Positions 29,300-37,762 of a stretch of 64,000 nt of DNA are shown in pieces. The translations under genes were made by a program, and so were the position numbers. The DNA is from Longimicrobiales bacterium (GTDB lineage: Bacteria > Gemmatimonadota > Gemmatimonadetes > Longimicrobiales > Gaopeijiaceae). Under the pieces are notes generated by a model. It did not search any database. It had not been told where the DNA came from and saw only the letters and a program-made list of their open reading frames with translations. The stretch is taken from positions 32,001-96,000 of the forward strand of contig CBDCNQ010000002.1 in the NCBI GenBank assembly GCA_965219445.1, given 5' to 3'. Within the stretch, counting starts at the first letter, position 1; each line of letters starts with the position of its first letter.

Positions 29300-30379
29300 A
29301 TGCTTGAATACACCCCCGAGGTCGCGCGCAAAACCGCGGATCTTCAGGAACGGGTCAAGGATTTCATCCCCGCGGTTGAGTGGCCGGTGGTGGCGCCGCT
29401 GATCCATGCGATCAACGAGCTCAAGAAAGCCAAGAACGCGGTTATTCTCGCCCATAACTATCAAACCCCCGATATCTACCACTGCGTCGCCGACTTCGTT
29501 GGGGATTCCCTTCAGTTGGCAATCCAGGCCGGCAAGACGGACGCAGACATCATCGTGCAGGCCGGCGTCCACTTCATGGCCGAGACTTCGAAACTTTTGT
29601 CGCCTGATAAGACCGTGCTGATACCGAGTCTCGAGGCCGGATGCTCGTTGGCCTCTTCGATCACCGGAGAAGACGTGCGCCGAATGAAGCAGAAATATCC
29701 GGGCGTACCGGTCGTGACGTATGTGAATACGTCGGCGGATGTGAAGGCGGAGTCGGACATCTGTTGTACGTCGTCCAACGCCGTCAGCGTGGTGGAGGCG
29801 ATGGGCGTTGATCGCGTCATGCTTCTTCCGGACGAATACCTCGCCAAGAATGTCGCTGCGCTCACCGATGTCGAGGTGATCGCCTGGGGTGGGCTGTGCG
29901 AGGTCCACGAGCGCTTTACCGCCGAGGAGATCCAACAATATCGTGGAAGTACCCCCGGCCTGGTGGTGCTGGCGCACCCGGAGTGCTCTCCGGACGTCCT
30001 CGCAGATGTCGACTTCGCCGGGTCTACGGCGTCGATGATTCGCTACGTGAAGGAGAAGCGGCCGGCCCGGGTCTTGATGGTCACAGAATGTTCGATGAGC
30101 GACAACGTCGCGGCCGAGACTCCGGACGTCGACTTCATTCGGCCGTGTAACCTGTGCCCCCATATGAAGAGCATCACGCTTCAGAACATCCTCGAAAGCC
30201 TTCAGGAAATGAAGCACGAGGTCACCATTCCCAATGATGTGGTCGAAGGCGCTCGCCGAGCGGTTCAGCGCATGGTGGACCTGGGGGCCGAGAGTCGCGA
30301 CTTCGTCGATGGTGTGGAAGCTGCGGTAACCGTGGAAAACCGGGTTTCTCTCGGTCCGGTGGCTGGGGTGTCCGGATAG
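29300..30379 (+). CDS. nadA: Quinolinate synthase
   Basis: [56 protein letters not shown]. Confidence 0.95.
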   Translation: MLEYTPEVARKTADLQERVKDFIPAVEWPVVAPLIHAINELKKAKNAVILAHNYQTPDIYHCVADFVGDSLQLAIQAGKTDADIIVQAGVHFMAETSKLLSPDKTVLIPSLEAGCSLASSITGEDVRRMKQKYPGVPVVTYVNTSADVKAESDICCTSSNAVSVVEAMGVDRVMLLPDEYLAKNVAALTDVEVIAWGGLCEVHERFTAEEIQQYRGSTPGLVVLAHPECSPDVLADVDFAGSTASMIRYVKEKRPARVLMVTECSMSDNVAAETPDVDFIRPCNLCPHMKSITLQNILESLQEMKHEVTIPNDVVEGARRAVQRMVDLGAESRDFVDGVEAAVTVENRVSLGPVAGVSG

Positions 30380-30384
30380 TTTCT

Positions 30385-31263
30385 GTGTCGATCCACGGCG
30401 TGAAAGACATTTCCGACCTCCCCGAAGCCCTCATCGAACCGGTTGTGCGACGTGCCCTCGACGAGGATCTCGGGGCCGGCGGGGACGTCACATCTCGAGC
30501 GGTGATCTCGCCGGATGCGACGGCGCGTGCCCATGTCGTCGCACGGGAGGCTGGCGTTCTGGCGGGGGTACCGCCCGCATCCCTGACCTTCAGGTTGGTC
30601 GATCCAACAGTGGAGCTTCACTTTGAGGCAGACGAGGGCGCTTCCATCGAGGCTGGCAGGGTCGTGGCCACCGTGGAGGGGCCGACTCGATCGATCCTTG
30701 CTGCGGAACGGACGGCTCTCAATTTCCTGGGCCACCTCTCCGGTGTTGCCACGGCGACGGCAACGCTTGTGGCCCAGGTGGCCGGCACCGACGCGAGGAT
30801 CTGCTGTACGCGGAAGACTACACCGGGACTCCGCTCCCTCGAGAAGCAGGCGGTTCGAGCGGGGGGTGGCGCGAATCACAGATACGGGCTCGGCGACGCA
30901 GTCCTCATCAAGGACAACCATGTGGCCGCGGCCGGGGGAGTGGCAGCCGCGATCGGCGCGGCGCAGGGGCAGAGTGGACCGGCCACCACGATCGAAATCG
31001 AAGTCGATACGCTGGATCAGCTAAGCGAGGCCCTCGAGGTGGGCGTCACGGCCCTCCTTTTGGACAACATGGCCCCGCCGGATCTGCGTCGGGCGGTTGA
31101 GATGACCGCTGGGCGGGCGGTGCTCGAGGCGTCCGGTCGGGTGACGGCCGAGACGGTCCGCTCCATCGCGGAGACTGGCGTCGACTACATCTCCAGCGGC
31201 TGGATCACCCACTCGGCGCCAATGCTCGACTTCGGCTTGGACTTCGTATCCCATCCATCGTGA
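30385..31263 (+). CDS. nadC: Quinolinate phosphoribosyltransferase
   Basis: ERTALNFL, TRKTTPG, NHRYGL, LIKDNH, EIEVD, LLDNM, EASG. Confidence 0.95.
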   Translation: MSIHGVKDISDLPEALIEPVVRRALDEDLGAGGDVTSRAVISPDATARAHVVAREAGVLAGVPPASLTFRLVDPTVELHFEADEGASIEAGRVVATVEGPTRSILAAERTALNFLGHLSGVATATATLVAQVAGTDARICCTRKTTPGLRSLEKQAVRAGGGANHRYGLGDAVLIKDNHVAAAGGVAAAIGAAQGQSGPATTIEIEVDTLDQLSEALEVGVTALLLDNMAPPDLRRAVEMTAGRAVLEASGRVTAETVRSIAETGVDYISSGWITHSAPMLDFGLDFVSHPS

Positions 31264-33389
31264 GAGTGCCGATCCCACCCTCCATAGCGGGACATCGTAA
31301 GCTGGCCTTCCGGGCTTCCTTGGTGGCGACGCTCGTGATGCTGGGCACGTGGCCTGAAACCGCGAGAGCCCAAGTACGGGACTCGCTCCGTTCAGATACG
31401 CTCGCGAACTATCCGAGCAGCTTCCGACTGGACGGGATTCAGGTTGTGGCCGGTCGCCGTCTCACGTCCACCGGCGGCGTGGGAGTGGTGGAAATGCGTC
31501 TGGATTCCCTGGGCTCCGTGCCGATCCCAACGCTGGAACAGGTTTTGCGCGAAATGCCGCTGGTGCGCGTGCGGGAAAACTCGAGGGGGGAGGCGCAGCC
31601 GAGTCTGCGGGGCGCGACCGACCGGCATATCGCGGTACTCGTGGACGGCGTCCCCCTTACCCTAGGTTGGGACCATCGGACGGACCTCGCCATCATTCCA
31701 CTGACGGCCGCCCGGTCTATTCGTATGCTGAGAGGGCTCTCGTCGGTCCTCTATGGTCCCAACGTTCTGGCCGGCGTGGTGTCGATCGACGTGGCGCGTG
31801 GCGTTGAACGCTTGGAGACGCCCCCGCCGGCCACCTTTGGTACGGCACTTCACGACAGCGGAGGTCTGATCCTCGGAGGGACCGTTGCCCGCTCGTTCGA
31901 GTCCGGGGGAGGGCAGTGGCTGGTGCAAGGCGGCGGTGGCTTCCGGGACCGGCCCGGCGTCTCGATTCCGGACGCCGACTCGGGGATCCCCGGGGACCCC
32001 GCACTGTTGAGCGCTGACGGGGATCTGCGGCTCAACAGCGACGCCGAGCACAAGGATGCGTTCGTGTCCGCCCGATATCAGGGTGAGGGGGGCGGCTGGA
32101 TGTCGCTCACCTCCACAGGATTCGACGTGGAGCGTGGCGTACCACCTGAGATCCATGAGGTAGACCCGAGGCTTTGGCGATATCCGGATCAGAAGCGTGT
32201 AATTACTGCGTTTTCCGCCGGCACCGGCTCCAAGGAGACGGGGTGGGGAATGGGCGGTCTCGAAGCGAGCCTGGGCCTCGATTTCGGCTCATTCCAGATA
32301 GAGCGGTTCGATACGCCCACATACGGGAGCGTGATCGAGGAGGAGAAGGGGGAGGACAGGACGGCCACGCTACGGGTGCTCGGTGAGCACAGCATCGGAG
32401 AGAGGCGTGATCTACGGGCGGCGCTGACGTATGGAGACATCTCCCACACTGAGCGAGTGACGGGCTCCGGGGGGCGAGACTTTCGGCAGCGCCTGTGGAG
32501 CCTCGGGACCGAGGTGGAGTGGCGGTTCGATGATCTCCCGGGTTGGGAGAGCCTAGGGGCAACGCGCCTCAACGTGGGCTTATCGGCCGACGGAGCGGAC
32601 ACGCCGGAGTCGGGGGGTTACGCCCCAGTCGGGCGGATGGACGACTGGGGTGCACGTCTCGGTTTGTCGTCACTCACCGGTGGCGGCTCTCTGCTGCTCC
32701 ACGGGGGGATCAGCCGTCGCGCACGGTTCCCCTCCCTCAGAGAGTTGTACTCGGACGCACTGGGGCGCTTCCTTCCGAATCCGGATCTGGTGCCAGAAGT
32801 TCTTACGGGCCTGGAGCTTGGGCTGACTTGGGACCTGGAGGGGGTCGACATCCAGGTGGTGGGCTTCCGGCAGGCCCTGTCAAACAGCATCGTGCGGATC
32901 GGCGTGCTAACGCCACAGGGGCCCAAGCGCCAGCGGGTAAACCGTGATCGTATTCGGAGTACCGGTCTGGAAATGGTCGCGTCGGGAGGGTGGGGGGCTG
33001 TCCAGTACAGTGGCGATCTCACACTCCAACAGGCCTGGCAGATTGAAGATGGGAGCGGCGATCGTACCCGGCCCGAATACGAGCCCAGCGTAGTGGGGGG
33101 CCTCGATGTGGCCACGCACCTTCCGGCGGAATTCAGGGTGTCCGGCGGATACCGGTTTGTGGGCAGGCAGTATTGCCTGAACGTCGACTCGGCCTCGATG
33201 GACCGCCTGACGCGAACACACCGCTTCGATCTTCGGCTCCGGAGACTTTTCGCGTTCGAGGGGAGGTCCGCTCTCGCGAACGCGGATGCCATCGTCTCGG
33301 TTAGCAACCTGACCGACAACGCGATCTTCGATCAGTGCGGCCTCCCGCAGCCAGGCCGGACGTTCGGGATCCAGCTTCGGCTCTTCTGA
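31260..33389 (+). CDS. TonB-dependent receptor
   Basis: Plug motifs VLVDGVPL and RGLSSVLYGPN; RFPSLRELY, NPDLVPE, VSNLTD, PGRTF; C-terminal Phe. Confidence 0.9.
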   Translation: MRVPIPPSIAGHRKLAFRASLVATLVMLGTWPETARAQVRDSLRSDTLANYPSSFRLDGIQVVAGRRLTSTGGVGVVEMRLDSLGSVPIPTLEQVLREMPLVRVRENSRGEAQPSLRGATDRHIAVLVDGVPLTLGWDHRTDLAIIPLTAARSIRMLRGLSSVLYGPNVLAGVVSIDVARGVERLETPPPATFGTALHDSGGLILGGTVARSFESGGGQWLVQGGGGFRDRPGVSIPDADSGIPGDPALLSADGDLRLNSDAEHKDAFVSARYQGEGGGWMSLTSTGFDVERGVPPEIHEVDPRLWRYPDQKRVITAFSAGTGSKETGWGMGGLEASLGLDFGSFQIERFDTPTYGSVIEEEKGEDRTATLRVLGEHSIGERRDLRAALTYGDISHTERVTGSGGRDFRQRLWSLGTEVEWRFDDLPGWESLGATRLNVGLSADGADTPESGGYAPVGRMDDWGARLGLSSLTGGGSLLLHGGISRRARFPSLRELYSDALGRFLPNPDLVPEVLTGLELGLTWDLEGVDIQVVGFRQALSNSIVRIGVLTPQGPKRQRVNRDRIRSTGLEMVASGGWGAVQYSGDLTLQQAWQIEDGSGDRTRPEYEPSVVGGLDVATHLPAEFRVSGGYRFVGRQYCLNVDSASMDRLTRTHRFDLRLRRLFAFEGRSALANADAIVSVSNLTDNAIFDQCGLPQPGRTFGIQLRLF

Positions 33390-33417
33390 CCCGGCAGGCT
33401 GGACGCTACTTTCTCTA

Positions 33418-33720
33418 GAAGGCTGTTGAAGGAGTACAGCGGGTCGCGCACAGGGCGCTTGTGCGCGTTCAGACAAGGAACGACGACGAGGCGTAGCAAC
33501 GCTACGGCGAGGAGGAGAGACGCAGGATCAACCGCACAACCGCCCTGTGCCCACGACCATCTTGGGCATGACCTTACACGCTGCAGGGTTGCGGTGGCAC
33601 GGCCTCATCTCCGTTGTTGGAGCTCCTAGCCATAGCTACGGCTATGGCGTCGTCGCTCCGCCTAGGAGCTAAGACCGTGGCATCCGCAACGCGGCCCGCT
33701 GTACTCCTTCAACAGCCTTC
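33418..33720. repeat. 303-bp structured element with terminal inverted repeats, copy 1 (MITE-like)
   Basis: Ends GAAGGCTGTTGAAGGAGTACAGCGGGTCGCG / CGCGGCCCGCTGTACTCCTTCAACAGCCTTC; nested internal stems; homologous to 56761-57062. Confidence 0.9.
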
Positions 33721-33809
33721 AAGGGCTGCACCCCTCTACAGCGCCGGCTTGGCCAGGACGTTGAGCACAGGTGTCGGGCAGAGACGTCGAGCGAAGACGT
33801 CGGGCAGAG

Positions 33810-34793
33810 ATGAGCATGATTCGAGTCACATTCCTCGGCACCGCTGCTGCGCGCCCTACCGTTCGTCGCAACGTGAGTGCGATCGCCCTTCAGCGGGAGG
33901 GAGACTCCTTCCTCCTCGATTGTGGAGAGGGAACGCAACGGCAGATGATGCGTTACGGCACTGGCTTCGCTGTCCAGGACGTATTCGTGACTCATCTCCA
34001 CGCCGATCACTTCCTCGGTATCACGGGTCTTCTGAGGACCATGGCGCTTCAGGGTCGAATCGACCCGCTGCGCATCTTCGGACCTACCTCGTCCCGGGTC
34101 ACACTCGAACAAGCGGTGAGCCTGGGCGTGGACCGCGTGCCTTTCCCACTCGAGATCGACGAACTCAGCGCGAGTTCGCGCGTGGAGTACGACGAGTACG
34201 ACGTAGTCGCTTTCCCGGTGGATCACCGTACCTCGGCGTTGGGGTACGCCTTCGTTGAGCACGAGCGGCTCGGCCGCTTCGATGTTGAGCGCGCTCGCGC
34301 CCTGGGAGTACCCGAGGGAGAGCTCTTCGGAAAGTTGCATGTGGGAGAGGCCGTCGAGGTCGATGGGCGGCGAATCGAGCCTGCTGATGTCGTGGGACCA
34401 CCCCGTCCGGGGCGTGTGGTGGTCTATGCGGGCGACACCCGCCCGTGCGAAGCGACGACCGAGGTTGCAAAAGACGCTTCCTTGCTGATCCACGAGGCCA
34501 CCTTCGGGAACGAGGAGGCCGACCGAGCCGAGCAGACGTATCACAGTACCGCTTGGGGCGCTGCCGCCCTGGCGGCAGAGGCTGGCGTCCGCCGGCTCTG
34601 TCTGACGCACATCTCGGCGCGATATTCCGACGACCCCTCGGTGCTCGAAGCAGAAGCGCGGGAGGCGTTTCCCGGCGCAGTCATCGCCCGTGACGGCCTC
34701 AGCGTAGAAATTCCGCACAACGACGGGGCCGCCGGGGGTGACGGTGATGCCGATACCGAGATCGAGCCAAGTGAAAAGGCGGGGAAGCTGTGA
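33810..34793 (+). CDS. rnz: Ribonuclease Z
   Basis: [22 protein letters not shown], exosite [31 protein letters not shown]. Confidence 0.95.
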   Translation: MSMIRVTFLGTAAARPTVRRNVSAIALQREGDSFLLDCGEGTQRQMMRYGTGFAVQDVFVTHLHADHFLGITGLLRTMALQGRIDPLRIFGPTSSRVTLEQAVSLGVDRVPFPLEIDELSASSRVEYDEYDVVAFPVDHRTSALGYAFVEHERLGRFDVERARALGVPEGELFGKLHVGEAVEVDGRRIEPADVVGPPRPGRVVVYAGDTRPCEATTEVAKDASLLIHEATFGNEEADRAEQTYHSTAWGAAALAAEAGVRRLCLTHISARYSDDPSVLEAEAREAFPGAVIARDGLSVEIPHNDGAAGGDGDADTEIEPSEKAGKL

Positions 34794-35635
34794 GCGGGGA
34801 GTTCACCTTCGAGCGCGTGGGGATCGTGGGTCTGGGTCTTATCGGAGGATCGCTCGCGCGGGCGCTACACCTACTAGATAATGGGCCGCGGATCGTCGCG
34901 TTCAACCGGAATCGGAACGATGCCGAGCGGGCTTTGGCGGACGGCGTGATCGATGCCGTGGCCGATACCCGCAGGGAGGCCGTCGAGGGGCAGGATCTGG
35001 TGGTCTACGCGACGCCGCTGGATGTGGTTCGAGAGATGATGAGGGCCGATTCCGCAGGGTGGGGGGATGCGACCGTCACCGATGTGGCGGGCCTCAAGGG
35101 GCCGCTAATGAGGGAGGCCGGTAAACTCGGTTTCGCCGCGCAATTCGTCGGGAGTCATCCGATGGCCGGTGGAACCGCCTCGGGATACGAGGTTTCATCG
35201 GCCCATCTCTTCTCAGGCGAAACCGTGTTCGTTTGTGGCGGAGAGGCCGGGAGTGAGCGGATCGGAGCCGTGGAGTCGATGTGGCAGGCTTTGGGCGTGA
35301 GGGTGCGGACCATCGACGCGGACGCCCACGACCGGCTCATGGTGTGGGCGAGTCACCTTCCGCAGCTGATATCCAACGTGGTGGCACGGGCGATGTCTGA
35401 GGCGGGGCTCACCATGAGCGATCTCGGCCCTGGGGGCAGGGACTTGACCCGCCTGGCGGAGAGCTCGCCGGAGATGTGGACAGGCCTTTTCAACGAAGCG
35501 AGTGAGGACAACCTGTTGGCGATCGATAGTGTCCAGGCTGGTCTGGCTGCCGTACGGGCGGCGTTGTCCGAGAGATCGATCGAAGCGTTGGCCGAGTTGA
35601 TGCGCGCTACGCAGGAGTGGAGGAGGGAACGGTGA
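34790..35635 (+). CDS. tyrA: Prephenate/arogenate dehydrogenase
   Basis: [42 protein letters not shown]. Confidence 0.9.
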   Translation: MSGEFTFERVGIVGLGLIGGSLARALHLLDNGPRIVAFNRNRNDAERALADGVIDAVADTRREAVEGQDLVVYATPLDVVREMMRADSAGWGDATVTDVAGLKGPLMREAGKLGFAAQFVGSHPMAGGTASGYEVSSAHLFSGETVFVCGGEAGSERIGAVESMWQALGVRVRTIDADAHDRLMVWASHLPQLISNVVARAMSEAGLTMSDLGPGGRDLTRLAESSPEMWTGLFNEASEDNLLAIDSVQAGLAAVRAALSERSIEALAELMRATQEWRRER

Positions 35636-36918
35636 GGCAAATTCGGGTGCCGGGGGACAAGTCGGTCACCCAACGGGCCCTCATCTTCGCCTCACTCTGC
35701 TCGGGAGAAAGCCGGCTGCGGAGTCTACTGTCGGGTGAGGATCCCCAAGCGACAGCACAGGCCCTTCGTGCATTGGGCGCAGACATCCCTCCGCTCGTCG
35801 GAGATGGAGCCGACGTGCGGATTCAAGGCGTGGGTCTTCGTGGCCTGCAGGAGCCGCCCGACGTTCTGGATTTCGAGAATAGCGGCACGGGCGCTCGGCT
35901 CATGCTGGGTGTCTTGGCCGGTCAGCCGATGACGGTGACCGTGACCGGAGACGCGTCCTTGCGGAGTCGTCCCATGAGGCGAGTAACCACGCCGCTGTCC
36001 ATGATGGGCGCGGTGTTTCGTGAGATGGAGGAGCCCGATCGGCTCCCTCTCGAGGTGACCGGCGGCGTGCTCGATGCGATCGACTACGACTCCCCGGTGG
36101 CGAGCGCACAGGTGAAGAGTGCGCTGTTGTTGGCGGGCCTGGTGAGCGGCGCCTTCGTCTTCGTGTCGGAGCCCCATCGCTCACGAGATCACACGGAGCG
36201 GATGCTGAGCATGTGCGGTGTTCCGGTCATCTCTCATGACATGGGCGGCGTCTGGAGGGTAGAGTTGAGAGACCCTCCCGAGCAGATCACTCCTCTCGAC
36301 CTCGAGGTTCCGGGCGACTTTTCCTCTTCGGCGTTCTTCCTCGCTTTGGCAATCCTGGGGGGGGTCGAGGGCGGAATCGAGATCGACCACGTGGGCATGA
36401 ATCCAACCCGCCGCGGACTTCTGAATGTACTGGACCGCATGGGTGCGAACGTGGGTGCCGATCCCTTCGACGAGGATAGCGGGGAGCCCGTGAGTTCGCT
36501 TCGTGCGCTGCCCTCGACGTTGGTAGGCACGAGCGTTGAGGGGGGTGAGGTGCCCGCCATGATCGATGAGTTTCCCGTCCTCGCGATCCTGGCGGCACGG
36601 GCCGAGGGAGTGACCCGCATTACCGGGGCAGCCGAACTAAGGCTCAAGGAATCCGATCGGATCCACGTTATCGCCGAAAATCTACGAGCCGTGGGCGTGC
36701 AGGCCGAGGAGCTGAGTGACGGCCTCGAAATCGAGGGAGGCGATCACCCCCTCGTGGGCCGTGTGTCGAGCCATCACGACCATCGGATCGCCATGGCGTT
36801 CGGCGTGCTCGGAGCCCTTGCGGGTAATCAAATCGAGATCGACGGTGCGGACGTGGCGGACGTGAGCTTCCCGAACTTCTGGGGCTTGCTCGAAGACCTG
36901 ACCATGGCGCGCACCTGA
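35632..36918 (+). CDS. aroA: EPSP synthase
   Basis: VPGDKS, NSGTGARL, SAQVKSA, SRDHTERML, LKESDRI, DHRIAMAF. Confidence 0.96.
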   Translation: MRQIRVPGDKSVTQRALIFASLCSGESRLRSLLSGEDPQATAQALRALGADIPPLVGDGADVRIQGVGLRGLQEPPDVLDFENSGTGARLMLGVLAGQPMTVTVTGDASLRSRPMRRVTTPLSMMGAVFREMEEPDRLPLEVTGGVLDAIDYDSPVASAQVKSALLLAGLVSGAFVFVSEPHRSRDHTERMLSMCGVPVISHDMGGVWRVELRDPPEQITPLDLEVPGDFSSSAFFLALAILGGVEGGIEIDHVGMNPTRRGLLNVLDRMGANVGADPFDEDSGEPVSSLRALPSTLVGTSVEGGEVPAMIDEFPVLAILAARAEGVTRITGAAELRLKESDRIHVIAENLRAVGVQAEELSDGLEIEGGDHPLVGRVSSHHDHRIAMAFGVLGALAGNQIEIDGADVADVSFPNFWGLLEDLTMART

Positions 36919-36931
36919 GCGTGGGGCGCCT

Positions 36932-37627
36932 GTGACCGCCGAACCCGCCCGCCGCCCCGTGATCACGCTCGACGGCCCGGCCGGATCCGGGAAGACAAGC
37001 ACGGCGCAGGCGGTGGCCAAACGGTTGGGCTTTCGGCACCTCGATTCGGGGGCACTCTACCGGGCGGTGACCTTCGCGCTTCTCCAGGAGGGTGTGCCGG
37101 AGGAAGTGTGGGGGACTCTCCAGGCGGAGCAGTTGGATGAACTCAACATCGAGGTCGAAGCAGAGGGCGACGGTGTGAATATCTACGTCGATGGGGTGCT
37201 TCTCACCTCGCAGCTCCGTGGTTCTGAGGTGACCGGGCGCGTGTCGGCGGTGGCCCGCCTGCCTACGGTCCGTGATTGGCTTCTCGGGCTGCAGCGGAGT
37301 GTAGGTGCTCACGGGAACCTGGTGGCCGATGGGAGAGATATGGGCACCGTCGTTTTCCCCGACGCGGACGTGAAAATTTTCCTGGTTGCTGGGCTGGAGG
37401 AGCGCGCCCGGCGCCGGCTCTTCCAAGACAGCGGACAGGAACCGACCTCGCGCGAGATCCAGGAAGAGGCTCGCCGCATCGAAGAGCGGGATCAGGCCGA
37501 TCAGAGCCGAAGTCACTCGCCTCTGAGACGGCCGGAGGACGCCGTGGAGGTGGACACCACGGGGCTACCATTCGATGATCAGGTAGGCCTCATTTTGAGG
37601 CGGGTAAAAGACTTGACTGCCCTTTAG
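36932..37627 (+). CDS. cmk: Cytidylate kinase
   Basis: DGPAGSGKTS, LDSGALYR, DGRDMGTVVFPDA. Confidence 0.96.
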   Translation: MTAEPARRPVITLDGPAGSGKTSTAQAVAKRLGFRHLDSGALYRAVTFALLQEGVPEEVWGTLQAEQLDELNIEVEAEGDGVNIYVDGVLLTSQLRGSEVTGRVSAVARLPTVRDWLLGLQRSVGAHGNLVADGRDMGTVVFPDADVKIFLVAGLEERARRRLFQDSGQEPTSREIQEEARRIEERDQADQSRSHSPLRRPEDAVEVDTTGLPFDDQVGLILRRVKDLTAL

Positions 37628-37762
37628 GCGCAAGTATAGCTTCAGCACGCTAGGCCCTCGGCGCCGGGGCCTGCTTTTCATGTATCCCTCAACCCGGACC
37701 GGGGCGCTGCTGTGGTGTCCGGCAAAAAATAGGCACGGGCGTAGATCCGCCAGTGATGAGCC

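Noticed and set aside
33426..33770. Short ORFs over the repeat copies (33426-33629, 56782-56982, start of 33614-34258)
   Set aside because: Reading frames are not conserved between the two copies, while base pairing is.
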